Source of the DNA: Rhizophagus irregularis
Lineage: Eukaryota
Direction of reading: 5' to 3'
Length of the DNA: 64,000 nucleotides
Assembly (NCBI RefSeq): GCF_026210795.1
Contig: NC_089431.1
Span: forward strand, 186,001-250,000
A program made the translations under genes and the position numbers. The notes beneath the pieces were generated by a model. The model had not been told where the DNA came from. It made no database searches and was given only the letters and a program-made list of their open reading frames with translations. Shown here piece after piece: positions 52,502 to 64,000 of the stretch; the first letter of the stretch is position 1; every line of letters starts with the position of its first letter.

Positions 52502-55500
52502 ATTAGTATTTCTTGACTTTTTTTTGAATATCTTTTTTAACGATTCTATACTTGTCAATTACGAAATAAATGTGTTAATTACAGTAATTTTAGTTATATG
52601 CGTAGTACTGTTATTTACTTTATAATAAATGAAAATTATTAAAACAAATTTAGTGAACGTAAAGTTATTTTATAGAGCTAAATGTATACAAAAATATGCA
52701 CAACATGTATCATGCACATCCTGAGGCTACAATCCATACCAATCAGATTCAACAATTTTGTCAGCCGCACATTTTTATTGTCATTACCTAATTGAGACAT
52801 CGTGAAACCTAATCATCAAAATATTGTATTACAAGATTCATGTTGATTCAATTTTTTTTTTTTTACATTTTACAAATTGAAGTATATATGGTAGCTGGTA
52901 TTATATAAAAGTTATTAGTAGATGATATATATATATTTCATATTAAAAAATTATTAAGTGTACCAATATTTATAATCATAAAATTAACTTTTTGTTTTCG
53001 ATACACTTTCAATTGTAATATGTAATGGGTTTATAATTATTTTAAACTTCAATTTAAAAGAAATAAAATAATTAATAAAATATAAATCACCAGATTATTG
53101 CGGATACAATTGTTATTGCTATTTCACGAAAAAAAACAAGAGTCTGAAAATTTGAAAAACAAATAAACAATTTATTAAGGTGACCGCCATACAAAGAAAG
53201 AGATTTTTTCGTTTAATACTTCAATTTAAAAAATAAGAAACATAAAAAAATAAATTGAATCGATTATAAGAAAGAAATTAACTTTACATATTTTTAAATT
53301 TAACCGCAAAAAAATTTGAATGGAGGAAATCATGAACATAATTTTAGAAAGTGACCCTGTCAAAGTAAAATTATTGCCAAAAGTTTTTTAAATGTATTTC
53401 ATTAATGCGGTACGAAATCATCTACATAAAATATCATAATACTTAAATATTTATTTTACAATTAACCGGATTTTTATCTTATAAAGATTTCGCAAACGAA
53501 TATTCATGCGTTGGAAAGATATTGTTGCGGCTTATTTGTATTTGTTATATTAACATTTCATAGTTCGTATTGTACAGTATTAGCATATCATTGTTGAATT
53601 TTAGTAATCTTTGTTCGTTCAAAGTTTAAATAAACATAGTAAAATTCAGAAATTTATAATGATTGAGAGTTATTAATGACAATTTATTCTTCTGCTGAGT
53701 ACATAATTTGTAAGATAACCATTTTTCACCATTTAATAATCTATCTGATAGTAAGTACTTGAAGAAAGCAACGCAATACTCCGATCGTTAGCCCCGTTAA
53801 CGGATTGGAATAATGAAATATAACAACAGTAAATAGCTGCAGAATATAATAATGTTTCATTATTAAATTTAAAAATATTAATATTTAAGAAAATTAATCA
53901 ATGAAATTTGCTTATTCCAAAATTTTTTTTCTTAAAATCAAAAATTATCAAAGTAAAATTATATGATTCTAATTGTTAAAATTGTGAATCATATGAGAAA
54001 TGTAAAAACCCTATATGGGATTCTGAAGAATATAATGTCAATCTTTAACTCTGTCATTTTTATTTTTGGTATCTTAAATTCTTTTCTTCTCTTCGTATCA
54101 ATAATTTAGTTTTGTATTCTAAAATAATTATCGTAATTCTAAAGGATTTTAATGCTTTTAAAGACACACTAATTTACCGTCGAATGTACTATACGTCTAT
54201 ACCTAGGAACAGTATGGATGAATCCGATTTTAACTTGTTTAGAATTAGAGTAGTACTCAAAGAACATTGATTGATGATTTGATCGAGTAAAAACTTGGCT
54301 TGATCGAACAAAATTCGATCACTTTAACTAATCAATGTAATCGATCATGTGATTAATCAACTCGATTTATAAAAATTTTTAAATTATTGGAATTTTATAT
54401 TTTTAATAAGAGAAACTCGTTAACTATTTCATTTTTTTTTATGTATATGTATATTTTTTTATAATTGAAATATTTTATATTAATTTATTTATTATAGAGT
54501 AACAAAACCTGTCGGAAATGGAAACATATAGTACATTTAAAGGAATTGGACTAATTTTAAGTAAAATACATGAAGCACGTAAGTAAATTAATTATTCTCA
54601 TATTTTATCTTCAACATATTTATTAAGGAATGACTAAGATTTATTTTTTTAAAAAAAATTTAGTCATTTCATCTTGTTTACAAAGATGAGTAGAAATGAA
54701 AAAATACAAATAATTAAAATTTTGCCAATAGTCTATAAATATGAAAAATTATAGATATTAGGACCTAATGATAAAATTGGTTATGATTAATCAAGATATT
54801 TATATAAAATTTCATAATAATGAAGTAGCGATAGAAAAATTTAAGTCCCATATTAGAGATCTCTAAAGAAGAATATACTGTAAAATTATGATTCTTATAG
54901 TAGAACTTAAATACAGTATATACCATAATGAAACGTAATTTTCGAAATTTATTATTACCTATTGAATGTTTAACCTTTTAAATATAATTCTTACTTTAAC
55001 AATAATAATGTTTAAATCCAATTTATTTAATTATATCGTGAATATTTATCAGCTTCATGCATCCGAATAAATATTTTTGTTTTGTTCATATTATATAAAA
55101 AAGTTTCTAAAATAACAAGAGAAATATGTTAAAGTACTTATATACACCAAATCTATTTGATATCATTTTAATTAATTCTATTTAGTATTTTTACTTTGTC
55201 TAAATTAAAGATCACGAAGTACTGATATAAAATTTTATTTTATAAATATTCTTAAAATAACATGACTCAAGGAGTCAAATATAAAAAAAAGCATAAATAA
55301 ATGAAAAGAAAATTATGTTAATAGAGATAACTTTTATATGTTCTTTAATTATTTAAAGGGTCAAATCATTTTAAGATCTACTGTATAAGAAAGTATAAGA
55401 AAATAAACAAGTCAGGCAAATCAGGTACATGAAATCCTTCAAAAAAAATGTATGTTTAATACAATGATAATTGACTTTAATGATATTGTTAATATTACGT

Positions 55501-55639
55501 ACGATTAAAACTCATAATTTCAAAGCTTTATAAGGAATCCGAAAGTCGAAAGATACATTTTTTTTTTAAAAAAAAAATAATTTTTGCCAAAATGCCAAAA
55601 TTGATTCTCACCTTTCCCAAAAAAGAAAGTTAGTTTAGC

Positions 55640-58600
55640 AATAAATCACATGATAATCTAACAGTATAAATAAGCGAATCATTCATGTTTCTCTCACGAT
55701 TTGATTTCTTTGTAAATAACGATAAACTCAATCGATGTAATAATGGTTAAAATAATTTCGTAATATTAAGTTTATACATTTTATCTTTTTTCTTATACCC
55801 TAACTTTCTTTTTTTTTCTCTGAATTTTGAATTAATTCATTATTTAATTTAAATAAATTACTCCCATAAAGAAATTTTTGTTTAATAGCGATGGTCCTTT
55901 TATAGATCGACTATATCCGAAGTAATATCATATTTAATATAATCATCATTATCATCAGTAAATAATCATTTATCGAAGATAAATGTAATCTTAGTAAGAT
56001 GTGTTTGCGATTATTGAATAAATTAATGGATTCGAAGAAGAAAATTTGTTAAGAACATTACATTGAATACTAGTACCATATTGTATAATAATTATAATGA
56101 TAACGATTATTATAGAAATTATATATTGAAAATAATCCTTTAACAACAGAGTTTATTTAAGAAATCTCAAAGAAGTCATTCATACCACTACAATCATATT
56201 TAATTTATGTAAGTAAAAAAAAAACCATTGGAAAGTGTGGAAGTGTGGAAGTGTCGTAAAGGATCAGCAACTAATTCTTGATTTTATGTAGTTCACGTGA
56301 TTCATATATTAAATTGTCGCGCATCCAAATTATACTATGGCAGAAAGTGAGTGAGATCAATTCAATATATGTATATATATATATTAAAAAAGAAAAAATT
56401 TTTTTTTTTGATCGATCAAGATTTAAATAGATAATTAACCATTGGATTGGATTTAGCGTTAAAATATGAGAAAATTTTTTTTTTTTTCGGTTTTAATCTC
56501 TTCGAAATCTCTTTTCATTAGTTATACAACTCCAACGAAAGAATCAAAGAATGAACTAACAAGTAATAGTAATAATAAAAGTACTATAATAGATAATAGG
56601 TTTTTATGTAGACATTAATGATTTAGATAAAGCGAATTCAACTCGTAGAATGGGATCCGTCCAAAATCGCGAAATCCAGAATCCCGACACCACATAATCC
56701 CGATCTACAAAATCGCGAAACTACAAAATCCCGACTTGGACAAAATATCGACTAGTTCAAAATCCCGAAATATAAAATCTTGACGGTTCAAAATCTTGAC
56801 AGATTAGATACTATTAATAATTTGTTTCAATCTGTCTTTTGCAAAATAATTTAATAGAATATTTAGAATATTTATATTATTTATATATATTATTGAGTAA
56901 AAATTATTTGGAAATCTTTTATTCTTTAGACATTAAAATAAGTAAATTGCGCAAAATATTGTATATCATTTATTTTATTTATTAATTGTTGTAATTTATA
57001 AAAGAACTAGATAAAAGAACTAGATTTTTGTAAATTTACTTATAATGTAAGACTTATAATGTAAGATTATGGGCAATGCCACGAAGATACTCCATCACTG
57101 AACGGTTTTCTTTATTACTGATGATCGTCATGATTCTTTTTTCTCTGTCAATTAAAATAAATATTTATAATTACGCATAAATCAAATTTGTCAAATAATA
57201 ATATGCAACGCGCAATTTGTTAATCAGAATGATTACATAACCATAAAAAAATTTTCATATGAATTTTCAATATGCTATGTTACTAAGCAAGCTAGAACAG
57301 AACATGGAATATTAACTAATTTGTATGTACATTAAATGATTTACACAATATACTTTAAATAATCAATTATGCAATTTTATTGATTTATTTGTTCTTTAAC
57401 TATAATAGTAAATATATGTTTGTACAATTGTAACAATTCTATTAATTACAATCTATAAAATTTTTATTGTATTAGACGATTTTGTATTTCGGGATTTTGA
57501 ACTAGTCGATATTTTGTCCTAGTCGGGATTTTGTAGTTTCGCGATTTTGTAGATCGGGATTATGTTGTATCGGTCTTTTGTTTGTCGGTCTTTTGACCCA
57601 TAACCCGTAGAATACACTGTCTCCACTTTAAGACGTTCTACAATTTATGTAAGCGAATATACGTATTAAAAAAAATTTTTTTTAAATTTTTTTTTTAACG
57701 AAAATTTCAAAATTTCATTATTCTTTCTTTCTAGTTGCGTTTGACAATTTCTTCATTAGTAATTGTTATGACAGTATTTTTAGTAATGTTATTCACTTAT
57801 AGATATTTTCACTTATCACATATACTGTATTATTCAATTATAATATGATCGTATGGAATTTTACAACACCAAAGTTACAAAATTTAGTTAAATTTTTTTT
57901 CATGTACAACTAAGTTATTTATCACGCTGTTATATTAACTCACTCATATCAACAATAAAACGAACAATTATTTACTAGAGCGATAACCCGAAATCAAAAA
58001 CACTCAAATGCATCAATGACGAGTAGATTTGCACTAGCGAATGCGGCGATGATGGATGATTTTCACGTGATGATGAATCTTTGATAGGAGATCACGTTAA
58101 CAACTACTTCGACCCATTAACGTCACTATTTGTTTCTTCAACTCCACCAGTAACAAACACAACATAAACACGAACACAACTGCAATGACATCAACAAATA
58201 CAAATAATAATGATTATTTAATCATTCTAATTCAAATTGATTGAATGAAGCTGCTGAATTCAATGACAAATGATATTTTACAAAATAAGTCTAGTATTGA
58301 AATAAAAATTGTATGAAGTGTATAAAAAGTTAAATTCAAGATCTTTATCAAGAACTGGTTCACAAATTTTAACACCTATTAATATTGGTCAAATACTGAG
58401 GAGAGTAATTCAATGTATCCATCCTTTTTAACGCCAAAAAATGATTATTATGATAGAAGTTCATTTAAGAAATCTGTATTCATATTTTCGGATGAACAAA
58501 CTAGTGATAAAATTGTTTTAAATAGTATTTTTTTAGTAAAGTTAGTAATGGTAAACGAATTACGGAATAAGTAAAAGTAGCAGTAGTATAAGAATAAGTG

Positions 58601-58915
58601 TTGGAACAAATACTAATATTAATGGTAATGACTCTTCAAGTAATTTAGGTATAAAAAGAATTTCACGATATATTAAACATCAAAAATAATCCCGAAAGTT
58701 CAATGGGATTAATTTCTGAAGAAAATTTTGATGGATCACATATGACAAAAAGAAATTATAGTAATGCGAGTGTAGGTAGAGACGTTTCTGATACAACTTC
58801 TACTACCATAGTAATTACTTCAAACACATATACTGCTAGTATTATAATATCGCTACTACTATTGTAATAAGTCCATAGTTAAAGCCTTCTTGGAATAAAC
58901 CTGATATTAATGACC
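55640..58915 (+). repeat. Segmental-duplication copy B (of ~770-3135), containing a MITE
   Basis: Collinear matches to copy A; similarity stops abruptly at 58916. Confidence 0.8.
56652..57605. mobile_element. Long-TIR MITE (MULE-like)
   Basis: Long inverted arms (cataatcccgatctacaaaatcgcgaaactacaaaatcccgact vs agtcgggattttgtagtttcgcgattttgtagatcgggattatg); direct repeat CGTAGAAT at 56644-56651 and 57606-57613; empty paralogous site near 2040. Confidence 0.85.
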
Positions 58916-60930
58916 ACTTTGCAAAAACCTCGCATTTTTTATTCAACATTATAATATGCTAAATTTGGCAAAATTAGCCATATTAGGCGCTATTAAAAGT
59001 ATATTAAATAAATGTTTCATAGAAAATTGAAAATATAGGTCTATACTAGGTCGTATCGAAGGACTACAATTGGCTGATGATAGTTTTTCGGTAGATTGGT
59101 ACTATTCACTAAAATATTTATATTGCTTTTATAATGCCATCACAATGCTATTACAGGAAAAAATAATAAATTAAATCTTATTTAGCAAAAATTAATGCTA
59201 ATAATAGACTATTAAAATCTCTTTTTATTATTATTTTTTTTTTTAATGTATTAATAAATAGAATTTCTTTTTCGTTTTATGGGAATCCATACAGTAAATC
59301 CGCAAATCAATTTTTTTTAGGTCAATATTTAAGCGCATTACATGCAATCGTTTAAAAATTAATTTTATAAACACTTGCTATAATTATTTGCCCTATCAGC
59401 TAATTTAACATGAAAATATTTAAATCTACATCAATTTGATATACAATTACGTTGACTTGCTGGTGAAATGAATGATTGAAAGGTAAAGTGATCAAGATTT
59501 TTTAATTTTTAATAAAACACGGTATAAGAATTAGCCAGAGGTCAGTTTTTTTGAGATTGTCGAATGAATGTGAAAATAATTTTTTATCATATGCATTAAA
59601 AGTTGGAAAATGATTTTACATTTTCATCCATTATAAATTGGGATCAATTAGCCAATGTTGTCGAAGTTTGATCCATATTGATATTAATTGATCCTTAAAT
59701 TAGCAATATGATTATTATCCAATTTTTACATTTTTGTAGAACCTGTTTCAAATTCTTATATTCAGTTTATAAATGTTTCTTATCCAATGGTACCTCACCC
59801 CCGGAGGCGAAGTGGGCATTATGGTGAATTTATGAAATACCCCAAAATTTGTCCGTCATGTCCAAATTAAATAAAAATATTCGACAGTATAAATAAACTT
59901 TTTAATTTAATTAGTCTAAATTAGTTTAAATCAGTTTAAATCAGTTTGAATCAGCTTAAACAATACAAAACATTTCTTTCTTGTAATTAAACTTTTTTTT
60001 TATTCTTTGATTTTTTTCTTATAATGATAAAAGTGACATCATCCTTTTTAACCAGAAATCTTATTAATTATTCTCAATTTCAAATAAGAGCACCTAAAAA
60101 AAAAATACACATTATGATCAAAGTATCTAAAGATAACTATCAAATGATTATAATTAACAAGATGATCAAAAAATGAAAAATAATGTTTTGGGACGAAAAA
60201 TTATCAAGATGATTATGATTTCGAGAAAGCAAACAATGATTTTTTTGAGCGAGAAAATAATGATTTTAATGATTTTAGAATGAGAAAATGGTGATTTTGA
60301 AGATCTTATTCAAAAGTTAACGAATTATGTTTTGATTTACAAAACTCAAGAACTACCATAAAACATTATCATCATTAATGGAAACATGAAGTCATAAAAT
60401 ACCAAACTCTTACTACCAAAGAAATAACACAAGTTTATTTTGAACGTCTTAGAATATTGCAAAATCCTATTATCGATATTTGGAGCCAGGAGTTGGAGCC
60501 AGGAGTTTACGATAAATATGTGAAGAATTTTGGCAAGGAGATCCGATTACGGAATATCGAAGTTAATCATAGTGTTTGCGGAAAATTGGTAATGCCGGCC
60601 AGTATCAGCAGTCACGTGACTCCTCATTTGAATTTTTTTTAAGACTATTGTTTTTTGCTATATACCTATATACCAATGTATAATAATGGACAACGGATTA
60701 TCTGACAGATTAATCCGGATTTATCTGTGATGGATGATGCATCCAGAAAATTATTCGTTATCTGGGTTTGGATCAGATGAGATCGTAATCTACGTAATAT
60801 GGATGTCCAATCATGTTATGCAAAGAGATTTAACAATTATTTTCTTTTGATACTATTTTTAATAGTAGTCACTTGATTCTAATATTACTCATATACAACA
60901 AGGTACAGAATTAAGGTCGTGGATGTTATA

Positions 60931-62942
60931 AATGTACCAAACAACACTCAACCATTAAACAAATAGCTTTAATAGATTTTAATTTACGAACTTCTCGTCC
61001 CTCACCTTCCAATATTAACTTAGAAGACCCTATACTTTACCGTTCACAATTACAACAATCTATTGATTTAAATCATGTTAATTTTCTTAATAGAAATTTA
61101 ATTATACAATTAGTTAATCCAAATTTATTACACATTCCTTTATTAAATTTATCCCTTAAACTTAAATCTTATACTAACCTAGAATTTTATACAGATGGAT
61201 CGCTCGTTAGAGAAGATGACATACCAACTATGGGTTATGGTTGGATATTTTCCTCCGATTTAACTACAAATATCACACTCAGGAGCGAGTAGAGAATGGG
61301 CTAGCTCAACGAAAGCAGAATTATTAGCAATTATAACAGCGCTCATTGTATGCCCACCAAACAGCACGATAACAATATATACTGATTCAAATAATTGTAT
61401 TAACACGTTCAACAACTTACAATCCCCAAAACTTACCGTTCGACGTTTCCAAAAAATTAATAATTGTACCTTGTGGAACACACTCAAACATATAATTTCA
61501 ACACTCAAATTATCTGTATCCTTAATTAAAGTAAAAGCTCACTCAGGAGACGTGTTAAACGACGCTGCCGATACTCTAGCGAAAGAAGGATCATTTTCGA
61601 CCAATTACTTACAATTCAATATACAACACATTAAAACACAAATATGTCACCTCAACTTTAATGAAGAAATTATTATAGATCGAAATATACGTAAATCTAT
61701 AAAAAGGATTATCAATTTTCAATATTTTGAACGACATTTAGCACATCAAAATTTATTCAAAATTAAACAATATGCCCTAAACAATAACATTGATTGGGAA
61801 TATTCCCAATTATGGTTCAAATATAACTCCTTCTCCAAACCAACTAGTGAACAATACTCCAAACATATCAGCTGGAGGATCAAATGCTCTAGCAACAACT
61901 TACCAACGCTTGACATCCTCAACAGAAATTATCCAGATCTCATAAATGGACATGAGACTTGCTTCTTATGTTCGACTGATAAAGAATCGAACGAACACTT
62001 ATGGAACTGTCCACAAGTTCTAACTATTATTACACCAATTCTTATCGAACATTACAACAAATTTAAAACCCTCATCACCTCAGAATCCAATTCGGTATAT
62101 GCACTATACTCGGACTCCATAACGCGCAACTCCATTTTTAAATGAACAACAAAACCGCCTCAACAAATCATGGACATACCAGATTTACATTGTCTCCTCA
62201 TGAACTTTGTCCCGATTTCTCTTACATATCCTTTTAAAGCTGCTAAAATCAGCAAAGAAACGACGAAAAAAATTTTATTAAAGTTCTTATTTGACCTACA
62301 TAAAGACATATATGAACACATCTGGAAACTCAGAGCTAATATATGGAAAGAATTTAAAAAAGCACACAACATTACAAAAAAATCCTTTACTGACTATAGA
62401 CGCAACCATACCCGAGATTCAACTAATAGACAACAAAATATTCACCATAATAATAATATTAACCATTCTTATGGATATCATTGTCCACTAAATGACTCCC
62501 GACGCCATATTGAAAATAATAATTTATGGATTTACTTAACTTCATCAAATTTTTTACATAACCTACCTTGGTTATCATCTCTTAACGAAGATCTATCAAG
62601 ATTCCACTCCAACATTTTCAATAATATTTTTTTATTTCACATATAAGCCCGACGGGCATTTATTATCACTACTTCTAACCGCTACTGATTTTTATTAATT
62701 TTAAATAGATTTTTTCTTTTTCTTTTTTTAGATTTTCCTTGGTTATTCTTTCTTCCTTTTATCTTTATCAGTAGCGTAGTTTTACTGTTAGAGTAGGTCC
62801 GCCCGGAGGGTGAGGTCCTGTTGACGGGATATATAACCACAGCACCCTTAATAGTTTAGTCTTCCGCTCTTTGTAGTTGTTGCTACTATTTTGTACTAGT
62901 CATTGGTTATTCCTCTCTGAAATAAAATAAAATAAAATAAAA
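60931..62942 (+). mobile_element. 5'-truncated LINE (RNase H + C-terminal CCHC region), a second family
   Basis: 19-bp TSD TAAGGTCGTGGATGTTATA (60912-60930, 62943-62961); (AAAAT)n tail; FYTDGS, AELLAI, YTDSN, KVKAHSG..NDAADTLAKEG, CFLC..ESNEHLWNC; frameshift near 61280 and stop at 62145. Confidence 0.93.
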
Positions 62943-63367
62943 TAAGGTCGTGGATGTTATATGATGCTAAGTATTTTAGTTAAAAAATAGAAAAAGAGTT
63001 TTATGTTATACTATTTTTTTTTTGAATTTTATTATGAAAGTAATTAACTGAAAATGTTTATTATATATTTGAATTTTAAAAAATATGATATTAATATTTA
63101 AATTAAGTATCATTCCAGATTTAGCAAAGAAAAAGATTTTGTTCAATTATTATACTCTAAAGTGATCAAAGGATATTATAAAATGCATTTTACAACTAAT
63201 GTCCTTAGAACTTATTAATTATCCACTGAATCGATACTGTTATACATATGCAAAGTATGTAATTACAATAATATTTTAATCACGCGTCATATATTTTTAA
63301 CTTGAAAAATTCATTCATTACCTATTAAATTTACAAAGAACCGAAACGTCCAACAGTATTTTTTCAA

Positions 63368-63800
63368 ATAATTTTATACAGTCTAAAACAAAGTTCTGAT
63401 AAAGCGAAGATAGTATTTTCGATATGTTTTGTAATTAATATGAGAAATTAAAGTATTTATTTATAAGCATGGTCATATCAATGCATCTTATTACATTTCA
63501 ATATTAATTATGATAACCCATAAATTTTAAAACCTTTGCATATCAGTATAGTTTAAATACAAGTAATAGTTGATATTTCGAAAATTATATCCAAAATATC
63601 AAAAGAAAAAGGAAAGAAAAAGAAAAGAAATCCGAAGGAAATCCGGAAAATTTATGAGTACCTTTAACGTTGATATTTTTAAAAGCTTAATTACTGAATC
63701 AGAAGAAAATAGATTATAAAAAACTGGTAATATAAACCTAGAAGATTTTTAAGAATAACTTTAAGACTAAACCAAATCGATAGGTAGTTCCATTTTCCCT
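63368..63800 (+). repeat. Segmental-duplication copy C (of 1-445)
   Basis: Collinear similarity to the start of the window. Confidence 0.8.
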
Positions 63801-64000
63801 ATATAAAAAATTCTGGAAAAAACTCCAATAAATGATCCGAAGAAACTAAGGCACGTGATCATTTTTCTGAAAATTTTTATGCCCTATAATAAAAAATATT
63901 GTCCAAACACTGTTCGGTTTTTTGTTCGGCCAATCGACCCCGTTCCGAACATTTACTTGACATTTATTGGACATTCATCATGATATTGTACGTTTTTTAT

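Noticed and set aside
54270..54900. GATCGA motif cluster followed by exon-like fragments
   Set aside because: Too degenerate to assign boundaries or a product.
59790..60830. Additional DNA transposon with a decayed ORF (60457-60642) and GGAT/ATCC motif cluster
   Set aside because: Suggestive, but no paired TIRs, TSD or recognisable protein motif could be fixed.

Overview
AT-rich eukaryotic DNA with short GT-AG introns, most consistent with an arbuscular mycorrhizal fungus (Glomeromycotina, Rhizophagus-like). The organism is inferred from the expanded TKL-type kinase family and the TE types. Two convergent multi-exon kinase paralogs (4803-12069 +, disrupted; 50592-52501 -, apparently intact) flank a nested transposon stack. 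An RNase H-bearing LINE (~13858-46140, - strand) is interrupted by a hAT element (40604-43463, 8-bp TSD) and a CACTA/CMC element (19569-40002, 3-bp TSD). The CACTA element in turn holds a full-length Ty3/gypsy LTR element (25054-36539, 4-bp TSD). Three things stand out. (1) The gypsy Pol carries an in-frame thymidylate/deoxynucleoside-kinase-like P-loop domain between RNase H and integrase, and Gag has a 640-aa repeat/zinc-ribbon extension. (2) A 5.3-kb non-autonomous TIR element (5823-11121, TA TSD) that splits the first kinase carries a captured Argonaute MID-PIWI fragment as an exon of a putative micro-exon transcript. (3) Micro-exon arrays whose 5' splice sites fold into hairpins occur in two different TIR elements. 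Several MITEs, a 5'-truncated LINE with a 19-bp TSD, and a dispersed segmental duplication complete the window. All calls were made by eye; no database searches were run.
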